DNA of 30,805 bases, taken from positions 1 through 30,805 of IMG/VR virus record IMGVR_UViG_3300020045_002642; one strand, given 5' to 3'. Below, piece by piece: positions 1 through 9,162 of the stretch. This DNA is from a virus (taxonomy: Duplodnaviria > Caudoviricetes). The notes beneath the pieces were generated by a model, which saw nothing but the letters and a program-made list of their open reading frames with translations, searched no databases and was not told the origin of the DNA. Position 1 is the first letter of the stretch, and each line of letters starts with the position of its first letter. Position numbers and translations under genes: made by a program.

Positions 1-209
1 TAGGGCAAGTATTGTTTATTTTAGATCCTGAGCAAGATAAATACATGGTAAGTAATCCGGTAGCGGCATTAGGTAAAACTAAAGACTTTATTAACGCGGC
101 AGAGGCATTAGTTACACTTGACGAGAAAGCTTGGGAGAAAACTAAGAGAGTATTACCTGCTAACAAAATAGAAAAGATAGTATATTTTGGTAAAAAGGTA
201 GTAGAATAA
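1..209 (+). CDS. C-terminal end of a phage protein entering from upstream of the window
   Basis: Open frame from the window edge; closely similar to the minus-strand copy at 1700-1908. Confidence 0.6.
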   Translation, partial: GQVLFILDPEQDKYMVSNPVAALGKTKDFINAAEALVTLDEKAWEKTKRVLPANKIEKIVYFGKKVVE

Positions 210-239
210 TTTATACATTTACACTATAAAAGTAATAAA

Positions 240-1001
240 ATGGCATTAGAAAGAATAGATTTATCAGGAAGTATATGTGTAGAGAAAGGTTGTACACAAC
301 TTTTATTCTCAGATACTACTGGTTTCCTTGTTACAGTATGTAATGATGAGTATAATGAGTTTGGATATGGATTAGTAGATGGAATAGCATTAGATGATGT
401 TACATCCGCGAAATTAAACGTGTATTATCCTGCGATGACTACTCCTGTTACTTTTGATTTCATTATTGCTAGTCACGTTATTACAGAGTGCTTATTCACT
501 GATATTAATGCTACTGTAACAGATATTACTGCTTTATTAGAATCTACTGTATTCCCATTAACTAACTTTGATATTACTTTAGCCGCTTATGGTGTTGAAA
601 TGCCTTCTTTAGCTGATGGAATTATTAAATGGGATTATACTATAAGTGGTTTATCTGGAGGTGTTTCTTTTAGTTACACAACTTCTGATGAAGCTTTATC
701 TAGTTGCTCAGTAAACTGTTGCATAGAAAATAAATATGTTGAATTAGACTTAAACTGTGGATGTTTTGACGCTAAATTAAAAGACTTAATTCTATCAGAA
801 GTAATGCTTAAAGGAGCTAAATATGCTATGAATGTATGTCAAGATAGTAAAGCAGAAGGAATGTTAGATAAAGCTAACAGTTGTTTGTATCCTAAATTAG
901 AAGCTGAATTAGCATCTCCTTTTTCTCCTTTTGTTGTTGATGTGATATTACAACCACATTTACCTGAACATTTACACATATTTAATATTTTTAATTTTTA
1001 A
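240..1001 (+). CDS. Cys-rich putative virion protein, copy 1; homology ends near 875 and the last ~40 aa are read-through into the inverted segment
   Basis: Aligns residue by residue with 998-1669(-) up to MLDKA, then diverges abruptly. Confidence 0.6.
   Translation: MALERIDLSGSICVEKGCTQLLFSDTTGFLVTVCNDEYNEFGYGLVDGIALDDVTSAKLNVYYPAMTTPVTFDFIIASHVITECLFTDINATVTDITALLESTVFPLTNFDITLAAYGVEMPSLADGIIKWDYTISGLSGGVSFSYTTSDEALSSCSVNCCIENKYVELDLNCGCFDAKLKDLILSEVMLKGAKYAMNVCQDSKAEGMLDKANSCLYPKLEAELASPFSPFVVDVILQPHLPEHLHIFNIFNF
833..979 (-). pseudogene. 5' fragment of the next gene (MCKCSGKCGCNITSTTKGEKGD...), truncated at the inversion junction near 880
   Basis: ATG at 979 follows an AT-rich spacer after the stop of 998-1669; the frame runs into the antisense of copy 1. 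Confidence 0.45.
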
Positions 1002-1669
1002 CAATCTGAACAATTACTATTACAAATCTCAGTAGCCTTATCTAACATACCTTGAGCCTTACTATCTTGACCTACATTCATAGCATATTTAGAACCTTGT
1101 AGTAATACTTCTGATAAAATTAAGTCTTTTAATTTAGCATCAAAGCATCCGCAAGACAAATCCATATCTACATATTTATTCTCTATACAACAATTTACTG
1201 AGCAAGTAGATAACGCTTCATCTGAAGTAGTATAAGAGAATGATACGCCTCCACTTACTCCACTAATAGTATAATCCCATTTAATAATACCATCTGCTAA
1301 TTCAGGTAGAATAACATCATAAGCAGCTAAAGTAATATCAAAATCAGTTAAAGGGAATGTAGTATTTTCTAATAAAGCAGTAATATCTGTTATAGTTCCG
1401 TTTAAATCTGTGAATAAGCACTCTGTAATAACGTGACTAGCTATAATGAAATTAAATGTAACGGGCGTAGTGATGCTTGGATATTTTATATCTAATTGCG
1501 CGGATGTAACATCATCTAATGCTATTCCATCTACTAATCCATATCCAAACTCATTATACTCATCGTTACATACTGTAACAAGGAAGCCTGTAATATCAGA
1601 GAATAATAATTGCGTACAACCTTTCTCTACTTCTATACATCCTGTTAAGTCTATTCTCTCTAAAGCCAT
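998..1669 (-). CDS. Cys-rich putative virion protein, copy 2 (intact)
   Basis: 223 aa ORF ending EICNSNCSDC; paralog of 240-875. Confidence 0.75.
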   Translation of the reverse strand: MALERIDLTGCIEVEKGCTQLLFSDITGFLVTVCNDEYNEFGYGLVDGIALDDVTSAQLDIKYPSITTPVTFNFIIASHVITECLFTDLNGTITDITALLENTTFPLTDFDITLAAYDVILPELADGIIKWDYTISGVSGGVSFSYTTSDEALSTCSVNCCIENKYVDMDLSCGCFDAKLKDLILSEVLLQGSKYAMNVGQDSKAQGMLDKATEICNSNCSDC

Positions 1670-1699
1670 TTCTTTATTTTTATTATGTAAATGTAAAAA

Positions 1700-2062
1700 T
1701 TAATCTATTATCTTTTTACCTAATTCATAAGCATTAGTAATTTTATTAGCAGGTATTATTCTTTTAACTTTATCCATAGCTTTCTCATCAAGTGTAACAA
1801 GTGCTTCAAAAGCAGCTATTAAGTCTTTAGTTTTACCTAAAGCAGCCGCAGGATTAGAAACCATATATTTATCTTGTTCTAAATCTAATATGAATAAGAC
1901 TTGACTAAGCATATTATTGAAGTTTAATGCCCCCTTTTTAGCTTTCTCATCATCATCTTCAGTATGTGCTAATGCCATTAATGTACCAATAGTAGCTAAT
2001 CCTTTTAAATTAGACATAAAGGCTTTGTTTTTCATAATAGCTTTAAAGTCACCTTTCTTCAA
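1700..2062 (-). pseudogene. C-terminal fragment of the upstream protein (copy 2), 5'-truncated at a junction near 2063
   Basis: Homologous to 1-209; only a TTG start; the plus-strand frame looks natural from about 2063 onward. Confidence 0.5.
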
Positions 2063-2201
2063 GTCAGGAGAAACTAATACTACTAATCTTGAGAATACTG
2101 TTACTGGAGCTTGCGCTACATCAAATCCTCCATGTTATAACTGTATAGAGAACTCTGATTTACCTAAAATGTATGAAGTATTACATAAATTATTACAATG
2201 A
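2063..2201 (+). pseudogene. 3' end of a gene whose 5' part is absent (SGETNTTNLEN...LHKLLQ)
   Basis: Stop overlaps the ATG of 2198 (ATGA); the upstream part of ORF 1917-2201 is antisense to 1700-2062. Confidence 0.45.
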
Positions 2202-3667
2202 ACGTAGTATTATCCTTAGCTGAAATAAATTTACTTTGGGAAACTAGAACTGCCCAAGAGAATTACGTTTATGTATGCGAGGATGGATTCTTATACAAAG
2301 GTCAAAAAGATGGTTCTTTACAAAGACTTCTTAATACTAATTACGATGATTGGGTTAAGCAAAGAAACGCTAATCAAACTCTGCCTTATAGAAACAAAAC
2401 TATCATACAAGGCACAAAGCTTTCCGATGGAGATATTGTAGATATTAAAGTAAGTGATGACGGTAAGCCTTTAATAGAAATAACTAAAAGTTCATTACCT
2501 ACAGATGCGGCTACTGAAACTAAACAAGATGCTGTTATACAAAATCTTGAGACTTATTTTACAGATAAGCCAGGCAATATAGTTAGTTCAGGAAATAGTA
2601 CAGCAACTCCTTTAAATTCAGCAGCTACTTTTACTGGAACTGCTGAAGATGTTTCTAAATATAACTCTTTAATTTTTAGTTGCAAAGCTGACCAGCATGG
2701 AACTATCTATGCAGAATTTTCATCTGATGGTACTAATTGGGATAGCTCACTAGCATTTGAATTATATGCTAATGTTAATGAAGTACATAGATTAACGGTG
2801 TCTAAAAAATACTTTAGAATAAGATTAACAAATGATAGTGCAAGCAATCAAACATTTTTAAGATTACAAGTTTTATACGGAAGTCATTCATCATTAACTA
2901 GCGCTTTAAATAGTGTGGTTTATGACGATGCGGATGCTCAATTAGTAAGACCTTTAGATTTTAATTTAATGGTTGCAGAAGGGTTGTACTATGATAGAAA
3001 TAACACTATAAAAGATGGGTTAAATTTAGATATTGACACCGCATCTGTTCCTGAAGATATATGGACTTCTGGCGGAACTTACACTGGATTTGTAACTACC
3101 GCTGCCGCTGCCGAATTAGTAGTAGCTGGCGCGGATACAGGTAGAGTTTATTATAGCTATATGGCTACTGATACTGATTTAGATTACACGTTTGGAACTA
3201 GAGAAATAGCTGGAGCTGGCACTTATTCACTAGGCCATAATATTTGGAGGTGTAATTTTATGTATTTCGTAGCTAGTACAACAACTGTTTTTAATGTTGG
3301 GTTAATCACTATTAGACACACGGCTACACCTGCAAATGTATTTGCTACTATTGAAATAGGTTACTCACAATCTTATTGCGCCGCGTATACAGTTCCTTAT
3401 AATAGTTCTATTTATTTAGATAGAGTTAATGGCTCTGTGCGCGGTTCTGCTACTGGTTCATTAGATGGATTTTTTTATTATAAAGCATACGGAGAAAGTC
3501 CTCGGTTAAGGTTTCCGTTCGAGTTACAGTTTGGTACTTTATATTTTGATGATATTGATTATCTAGTTAAGATACCTAGTAGAACAGATATAATGCCTCG
3601 TATTATTACAAGTTCAGCTAATAATTTATCCGCCAAAATAAGCTATAGACTAATTAAGGTTAAATAA
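2198..3667 (+). CDS. Putative structural or tail-associated protein
   Basis: 489 aa, T/S/G/A-rich, beta-strand-like composition, last gene of the plus-strand block; family not recognised. Confidence 0.55.
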   Translation: MNVVLSLAEINLLWETRTAQENYVYVCEDGFLYKGQKDGSLQRLLNTNYDDWVKQRNANQTLPYRNKTIIQGTKLSDGDIVDIKVSDDGKPLIEITKSSLPTDAATETKQDAVIQNLETYFTDKPGNIVSSGNSTATPLNSAATFTGTAEDVSKYNSLIFSCKADQHGTIYAEFSSDGTNWDSSLAFELYANVNEVHRLTVSKKYFRIRLTNDSASNQTFLRLQVLYGSHSSLTSALNSVVYDDADAQLVRPLDFNLMVAEGLYYDRNNTIKDGLNLDIDTASVPEDIWTSGGTYTGFVTTAAAAELVVAGADTGRVYYSYMATDTDLDYTFGTREIAGAGTYSLGHNIWRCNFMYFVASTTTVFNVGLITIRHTATPANVFATIEIGYSQSYCAAYTVPYNSSIYLDRVNGSVRGSATGSLDGFFYYKAYGESPRLRFPFELQFGTLYFDDIDYLVKIPSRTDIMPRIITSSANNLSAKISYRLIKVK

Positions 3668-3695
3668 AAAAACCACCTTTTTTAAGGGTGGCTTT
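3668..3695. terminator. Intrinsic terminator between convergent blocks
   Basis: CCACCTT/AGGGTGG hairpin flanked by an A-tract and a T-rich tract. Confidence 0.7.
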
Positions 3696-3795
3696 ATTCC
3701 TACTTACGATTAGGATGAATAGTGTGCCTTAACTTACTTTAGGAATAGATTAAGAGCCTATCATGGTTACGATTTGCACGTCTGCAACGAGTGTC

Positions 3796-4221
3796 TTAGT
3801 CTTTATAAGGAATAAAGAAACCTTTTTCTTTCAACTCTACGACTTTACCTAACCAGTGTTCTCCGTATATTATTAGATTAGAAACTAAAGGAATTTCATC
3901 TTTTAAACTTCCTATTCCAAACATATTCATATAAAGTAAGTTTCCTGAAAGTGTTTTATAAACATCTTCTTTACTTATATTAGAAAGCTCTTCAGATGTT
4001 AAAGTAATAGGATAGAATATATTTCTTTCAAAATCTCCATTCTTGTACTTTACACCAAATTGTACAGCATCTTGAGTTCCGCTCATTCCATCTGTTTCAA
4101 ACAGCTCTAATTTTCCTTTTTTAGAATAATCATGAAATTCAGGAAATCTATTTCCATCATGAGCTATTGCATTGATTTTTTCTAATAACGTTTCTAAGAA
4201 CGCTTTTTCTTTGTTTTCCAT
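3796..4221 (-). CDS. Hypothetical protein
   Basis: 141 aa ORF in operon context. Confidence 0.65.
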   Translation of the reverse strand: MENKEKAFLETLLEKINAIAHDGNRFPEFHDYSKKGKLELFETDGMSGTQDAVQFGVKYKNGDFERNIFYPITLTSEELSNISKEDVYKTLSGNLLYMNMFGIGSLKDEIPLVSNLIIYGEHWLGKVVELKEKGFFIPYKD

Positions 4222-4239
4222 TTTATTTATTTTTAATTA

Positions 4240-4635
4240 TTAAACATCATTTAGACTAAATATAATTCCTTTACAGAAACTTTTACCGTCTTTTCTTAGA
4301 TCATAAGTAACGTGTTTGATAAGAGTTAAGAACTTCCACTTAAATAGACTATGCTTATCCCAAAATACTTCTATCACCTTTCTTGACTTATTAGGACACT
4401 GCTTAGTATAAGGGACGCATTCATCTCCTTCTTTAGCCATGAATATCTGTCCGCCATGAAGTAAATCAAACTCATCTTTTAAAGAACCACTGAAAATTAT
4501 AGTATCGTCACCTATTGCAGATACTATGACTAGATTACTATATTTAGCAGTATTAATAACGCTTTTTGTAAAGCTATCATTTACGTCAAACCCATTTAAT
4601 TGTTTTGCTAGTTCTTCAGCAGATACTTTACTCAT
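4240..4635 (-). CDS. Hypothetical phage protein
   Basis: 131 aa ORF abutting the next gene. Confidence 0.65.
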   Translation of the reverse strand: MSKVSAEELAKQLNGFDVNDSFTKSVINTAKYSNLVIVSAIGDDTIIFSGSLKDEFDLLHGGQIFMAKEGDECVPYTKQCPNKSRKVIEVFWDKHSLFKWKFLTLIKHVTYDLRKDGKSFCKGIIFSLNDV

Positions 4636-5169
4636 TTACTTCTTTTTAGAGGATTTGGAAACTGTGAAAATTGTCTTTTTTCTAGCTTTCAACTTCTCTG
4701 TATATTCATCTTCTTGGTTAGCTTGAGCTTTATCTACTCTTTTTAATGTAGCTGCTTGTGTTTGTATCTTAGCGTTTCTACGTTTCTGTTCCGCTGACTC
4801 TGGCGCTGCTTTTACTTGAGCCTCTTCATCTAATACAATGTAATAAATAGAACTCTCGTGTGTCATTAAATAAGGTTTACCATTGATAATAGACTCTAGG
4901 TTAGCCATTGAATTGTAAATCACTAATAATCCTACTTTAAGATAATCAGAACATTCAGGTCCTAATGCTATGATTCTAGCAGTGAACTCTTGAGTACTAA
5001 CTGCATCAGGAATAATTAATCCCGTTTCAGACTTTCTTTCTCCACCTTTAACGCGCTGTAATAAAACTGATTTACCTAATGGAATAACGTTTACATTACT
5101 TTTAACTAAATCCTCTGGCACTTTGATTGCTTGGATTCTTTTTGCTAATTGCTGATTAATGTTTTCCAT
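4636..5169 (-). CDS. groES: GroES/Cpn10-like co-chaperonin with C-terminal extension
   Basis: PLGKSVLLQR, mobile-loop-like KSETGLIIPD, ARIIALGP, LKVGLLVIY, INGKPYLMTHESSI. Confidence 0.8.
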   Translation of the reverse strand: MENINQQLAKRIQAIKVPEDLVKSNVNVIPLGKSVLLQRVKGGERKSETGLIIPDAVSTQEFTARIIALGPECSDYLKVGLLVIYNSMANLESIINGKPYLMTHESSIYYIVLDEEAQVKAAPESAEQKRRNAKIQTQAATLKRVDKAQANQEDEYTEKLKARKKTIFTVSKSSKKK

Positions 5170-5329
5170 AGGTAGTTGGTTGTGTGGTTGTTAATTTAAC
5201 TTTAGGGAATTTGTTTTCTGTCATCCACGCCTTGAGGCAGTTGATTTTGACTGTTGCTTTACTTGTTTTTGCCATTTGTTTTTGTTTTGTGGTTATAAAA
5301 TTAAACTATTTGTATTAATTATCAAAATA

Positions 5330-5605
5330 TTATTCTGAGAATTTGTTTAAAAATTCAATTACTCTCTTAGCTTCTAAATCCCACATTATGTAAAGTTCAC
5401 TTTCTTTGTGTCTATCTCTGATTTCTATGACTTTGTTTTTCCAATCGCGGACTTGTTGTAAATCACTTTGTTTAAGATATTCTACTTGTTTAGTAGTAGA
5501 GAATGAATTAGGTTCTTTGACGTAAATAAGATTAGGATTAGTGTCAATAGGTTTATTCTCTAAATGATAATCATCATCTCCTGGTTTTGACGGTGTGTAT
5601 CTCAT
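5330..5605 (-). CDS. Hypothetical protein
   Basis: 91 aa ORF just downstream of a promoter motif. Confidence 0.6.
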   Translation of the reverse strand: MRYTPSKPGDDDYHLENKPIDTNPNLIYVKEPNSFSTTKQVEYLKQSDLQQVRDWKNKVIEIRDRHKESELYIMWDLEAKRVIEFLNKFSE

Positions 5606-5626
5606 GTTATTTGTTTTTGATTTAAA

Positions 5627-5656
5627 GTTTATACGACACTTAATGTAAAAGGTTAC
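5627..5656 (-). promoter_or_regulatory. Repeated phage promoter GTAACC-N15-CGTATAAA
   Basis: One of 10 copies, co-oriented with the downstream gene. Confidence 0.65.
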
Positions 5657-5660
5657 GTTT

Positions 5661-6320
5661 TTAACTCAAGTTTGAATTACTTTTATAGATACCTAATTTC
5701 TCGTTGTAGTGTCCGCGCCAATATAATCTATCTTCGGCGGATAATGGAAAGTCTAATTTAGCAACTTCTTTCTTATAAGCCATTACTTGAGCTTTCCATA
5801 ATATAAGGTCATTCTTACTCCATTTAAGCAGAGGGAACTCTAAAGGCATCTTATACTCAACATAGTCTTGATATTGCTTTCCATACCATTTAATTAAGCC
5901 TAGGTTATAGTTTATGATATTACCTGACATTGGACCGTTACAATGGAAACATTGCTGATGCAGATTGTTTAAATTGAATCTAAGAGTAGTATTTTTACCC
6001 CTACTGTGATAATGACCTGCCGACATCTTTCCTGTTGTAGAACCACAAGATATACATCCGAGTGGGCCATCTATCATTCTGCATAGGATATTAATCTCTG
6101 TTTGCAAGTCCGATTCATAGTTACCCATGGTTTTCAACTTCTCGACCATTTCTTTCTTAACCTCTTTCCACTCGTCCGCTTTTTTCTTTTCTTCTAACTT
6201 ACGATTCTTCTCTAATACAGTTTGTATCGCGTGACTTCTACATTCTTCAGTTTGCTCACAATTCTTTTGTAAGAAACGAGTAGGCTTGAATTTTGTTAAA
6301 CAGTGTGGGCATTTTGCCAT
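5661..6320 (-). CDS. ninG: NinG/Rap-family recombination endonuclease
   Basis: N-terminal CxxC, CISCG, AGHYHSRG, LRFNLNNLHQQCFHCN...SGN. Confidence 0.85.
   Translation of the reverse strand: MAKCPHCLTKFKPTRFLQKNCEQTEECRSHAIQTVLEKNRKLEEKKKADEWKEVKKEMVEKLKTMGNYESDLQTEINILCRMIDGPLGCISCGSTTGKMSAGHYHSRGKNTTLRFNLNNLHQQCFHCNGPMSGNIINYNLGLIKWYGKQYQDYVEYKMPLEFPLLKWSKNDLILWKAQVMAYKKEVAKLDFPLSAEDRLYWRGHYNEKLGIYKSNSNLS
5662..5679. promoter_or_regulatory. 18-bp palindrome TAACTCAAGTTTGAATTA, putative operator
   Basis: Five near-identical copies in the window. Confidence 0.55.
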
Positions 6321-6631
6321 TATCCAAATATTAATTTAAGTTTTTTAAGAGCCTCTGCTTCATCAAATTTAGGAGAAGTAACAAGTAATTGTATATTAAT
6401 ACCATATCTTACTGCTAACCATATAATCTGAGCTTCACTTAGTGTATTCTTTTGAGGCTTATCACTAAAGTATCTTGATAACTGCTCTGGAGCTATCTTG
6501 AATCGTCTTTCTGAGGCATCTAACACAACCGCCGAGTTCTTAAATCCAAATCCTACGTTGGACGGATATAACTCTTTCAGCCTATCGTGGATATGCTTCT
6601 TTAAGACTTTACTATCCTTTACTAATGACAT
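6320..6631 (-). CDS. Hypothetical protein, possible Xre-like HTH
   Basis: IAPEQLSRYFS...LSEAQIIWLAVRYGI pattern. Confidence 0.5.
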   Translation of the reverse strand: MSLVKDSKVLKKHIHDRLKELYPSNVGFGFKNSAVVLDASERRFKIAPEQLSRYFSDKPQKNTLSEAQIIWLAVRYGINIQLLVTSPKFDEAEALKKLKLIFG

Positions 6632-6875
6632 CTAAGTATTCATCTATATTGTTAATAGCTATATCTAATTGTTTCTCTAGTAAATCATTTGTAGCTTTAG
6701 GGAAGGTAAGTCTTCCGATTTCTACTTTAGTTTTTCTATCAACAAATGTTTGGAGGTTATGAAATTCTCCATCGGCGGTCTTACCTATTGGCTCTTTGAA
6801 AGTATCAATAGTAACAATGATGTTTCTTCCGTCTTTTGTTTTTGCTTCTTTTGAAATTGATGCTGTTGGTTTCAT
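6612..6875 (-). CDS. Hypothetical protein
   Basis: 87 aa ORF in operon. Confidence 0.6.
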   Translation of the reverse strand: MKPTASISKEAKTKDGRNIIVTIDTFKEPIGKTADGEFHNLQTFVDRKTKVEIGRLTFPKATNDLLEKQLDIAINNIDEYLDVISKG

Positions 6876-6882
6876 ATATGTT

Positions 6883-7347
6883 TTATTTATTAATTACTAT
6901 TTCTCTGTAATACTTGTCTACATAACTATCTGCTTCAGGTATTTCTATTCCTTCTTGAGCGCAGAAATTTAATACATTTTGTATAAAGTCGGACGTTTCT
7001 TGTTTACTTAATTCTGTTAAGCTTCTAGTAACATCCTTCATCCAACTCTTCTTACCTACAATTACTTTTACTTTGTAAGTTAAAAAAAGAGGAGAAAATA
7101 CTTCTTTGTGAATCTCATCTCTAGTTTGGTAGTGATTGAATTGATTGCAAGTTAAACACACACCTAAGATACAGCCGAAATAATACCCAAATTGGTTAAC
7201 GGTAGGACGCTTAAATCTTTCTTTGATTACAAGTTCAAATTCTTTACCTGCTAAACTTTGGCGTTGTTCCGCCCATAATTCGGCATTATAAAATGATATG
7301 TTACCGTTTGGTGCTACACGACCAAAATGGCGCAGTTCTACTTTCAT
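6883..7347 (-). CDS. NinB/Orf-like recombination protein; start revised to 7347 because the longer ORF overlaps the tRNA
   Basis: KRPTVNQFGYYFG...RSLTELSKQETSDFIQNVLNFCAQEGIEIP. Confidence 0.65.
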   Translation of the reverse strand: MKVELRHFGRVAPNGNISFYNAELWAEQRQSLAGKEFELVIKERFKRPTVNQFGYYFGCILGVCLTCNQFNHYQTRDEIHKEVFSPLFLTYKVKVIVGKKSWMKDVTRSLTELSKQETSDFIQNVLNFCAQEGIEIPEADSYVDKYYREIVINK

Positions 7348-7359
7348 TTGTTTTTGTTT

Positions 7360-7437
7360 TGGTACACATACGGGACTCGAACCCGTGACCACCATGCGCT
7401 AAAAACCAGGTGCTCTACCAACTGAGCTAATGTGTAC
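7360..7437 (-). tRNA. tRNA-Lys(TTT)-like gene with two bulged bases in the anticodon stem
   Basis: D arm GCTC-AGTTGGTA-GAGC, T arm ACGGG-TTCGAGT-CCCGT, acceptor GTACACAT/ATGTGTAC, loop TT-TTT-AG. Confidence 0.7.
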
Positions 7438-7450
7438 TGTTAATTGTTAA

Positions 7451-8215
7451 TTAGAACGCTTCATCGTCATCATCTGCTGGATTGAAAACAATATCAGATT
7501 CTTTCTCTTCCATTTTAACTTCTGATTTAGGAGTTACTTTAGGTTTAGAGTTTAATCCATTATCTTGATTTTCATCAATAACTTCAGTAGGTGTCGCCGA
7601 TGCGTTTTTAGAAAAGTAAGCAGTTAAATACTCTTGTAAAGTTTTATCTAACTCAATAGCCTCTGCATTAGCTTTTTCAGATACTTTTACAGCAGTGTAA
7701 ACAGGCTCGTAATAAGTAGTTTTACCTTTCTTCTTCTCTACTGTATCTTTAACTGATACCGCAATTTCATTTACGTTATTATCTTTGCAGAACTCGATGA
7801 AAGCAGATAATCCAGATCCTCCTAATTGGATATTATTTAAAACTAATCCATCTCCTTCTTTCTGTCCAATGTAAACCGATTGGTAATACTTTAATCCTTT
7901 AGTTCCTAATTTCTCTTTAGCTGCCTCGTATAATCCTGAGAATACTATTCCTTTCTTATTACGAACTGTAATAGTATCAGTTTTAGTACTTCTTACTTCA
8001 TTTGAGTAATAACCCATTTGTAGGCTATCGTCAAATCCTTTGCAGGTACTTAATGTATCTAATACTAGAAAGTTGAATGGCATCTTCATAAATACCTTTT
8101 CGCCTTTTTCTCCTTTATCCTTGTCGAAATAAAAGAATTGTCCTTTGTCTCCCGACCATTCGTAAAAACGTTTTGATGGGTTAACTAATTTTTCATGTGG
8201 ATTACTTCTTGACAT
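7451..8215 (-). CDS. Putative ssDNA-binding protein
   Basis: 254 aa in the replication block, acidic tail ending DDDDEAF. Confidence 0.5.
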   Translation of the reverse strand: MSRSNPHEKLVNPSKRFYEWSGDKGQFFYFDKDKGEKGEKVFMKMPFNFLVLDTLSTCKGFDDSLQMGYYSNEVRSTKTDTITVRNKKGIVFSGLYEAAKEKLGTKGLKYYQSVYIGQKEGDGLVLNNIQLGGSGLSAFIEFCKDNNVNEIAVSVKDTVEKKKGKTTYYEPVYTAVKVSEKANAEAIELDKTLQEYLTAYFSKNASATPTEVIDENQDNGLNSKPKVTPKSEVKMEEKESDIVFNPADDDDEAF

Positions 8216-8244
8216 TTGTTTTTGTTTTTATGGTTTATAATTTA

Positions 8245-8274
8245 TTTATACGTTTAATTTTGATATAAAGTTAC
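8245..8274 (-). promoter_or_regulatory. Repeated phage promoter GTAACT-N16-CGTATAAA
   Basis: Motif copy upstream of the ATG at 8215. Confidence 0.6.
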
Positions 8275-8302
8275 ATACTTTGATTAAAATATGCAAGGAA
8301 TT

Positions 8303-8524
8303 TTATAAATATCCTTTATTTCCTTCCTTCCACTCTTCTTTTGTTATTTCAATTATAGGAAGCCCTTTTAGTTTAGGATTAAGATTGTGCGACTTAGCTA
8401 CAAATTTACCATCTACTTCTTCATATCCTATATTCCAATGACCAGCATCTCTATAGTAAATTTTAGACCTTAGTTTTAATCTCATTTCTGTAATTCCTAT
8501 TCTTGCGTATTTTGGTGGTTTCAT
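8303..8524 (-). CDS. Hypothetical protein
   Basis: 73 aa ORF. Confidence 0.55.
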   Translation of the reverse strand: MKPPKYARIGITEMRLKLRSKIYYRDAGHWNIGYEEVDGKFVAKSHNLNPKLKGLPIIEITKEEWKEGNKGYL

Positions 8525-8526
8525 AA

Positions 8527-8793
8527 TTAAAATAATAATGTTGTATCTGTAAATAGGTTTACTTTAAACATATTCTTCTTGTGGTACTTTCTGTCTACTA
8601 TCTTAGCTCTACTTACTGCATTACCGTGTGTGTGGATAGTTCCTAATTTATTAATAGTTAGTTTAAAGGTTTCTGCTTTAGAGAAGATGCTATTCATTGC
8701 GCCGATATGTCGCATTATAACACATCTTATTTGTTCCTCAGTGTACTCAGGATGCTTATCTTTTAGTTTATGTAGTAGTTGAGCGTTTAGCAT
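8527..8793 (-). CDS. HU/IHF-like DNA-binding protein
   Basis: Small basic protein, two helices then KLTINKLGTIH resembling the HU I-x-x-F-G-T-F segment. Confidence 0.45.
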   Translation of the reverse strand: MLNAQLLHKLKDKHPEYTEEQIRCVIMRHIGAMNSIFSKAETFKLTINKLGTIHTHGNAVSRAKIVDRKYHKKNMFKVNLFTDTTLLF

Positions 8794-8796
8794 AGG

Positions 8797-9162
8797 TTAT
8801 TTATCGAAAAATTTATAGTCGGGATTATCAGACTTTATTTTATCTTTAACAATGGCTTCTATCTTATCCCATAATTCTGAAATAGTCTTCATTTCACTTG
8901 ACCAATACTCATCGTCTTTGAAATAAATTCTACCTTCCCATACTCCGCGCCAAACAAATGACCACTCGAACCAAACTCTAGCATCTTTTATATTGTTTAC
9001 CATTTCAGAGGATGTATTTGACCTATACTCCCATTCGCCGTTATTATATATTTCTATTTCGGTAACGCTTCCTTCCCATCGCATATTATACTCAGAAGTT
9101 CCCATGTTATTAAAATGAACTATAAAGTCATTATCATTTGCTTTTATTATTATAGGCTCCAT
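8797..9162 (-). CDS. Hypothetical protein
   Basis: 121 aa ORF. Confidence 0.6.
   Translation of the reverse strand: MEPIIIKANDNDFIVHFNNMGTSEYNMRWEGSVTEIEIYNNGEWEYRSNTSSEMVNNIKDARVWFEWSFVWRGVWEGRIYFKDDEYWSSEMKTISELWDKIEAIVKDKIKSDNPDYKFFDK

Larger units (their letters stand above)
1..1908. repeat. Diverged inverted duplication: 1-875 versus 1034-1908
   Basis: Same two-gene order and intergenic spacer on opposite strands, with many synonymous differences. Confidence 0.9.

Noticed and set aside
1-2063. Shufflon or diversity-generating retroelement
   Set aside because: No recombination-site repeats seen at the junctions, no invertase or reverse transcriptase nearby, and differences are not adenine-specific
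3700-3795. Possible small RNA with a GTGCAAATC T-loop-like hairpin on the minus strand
   Set aside because: Stem is only 3 bp and no other tRNA arms were found; too weak to call
7348-7395. N-terminal extension of ORF 6883-7395
   Set aside because: It lies within the tRNA; the ATG at 7347 follows the usual A-rich leader
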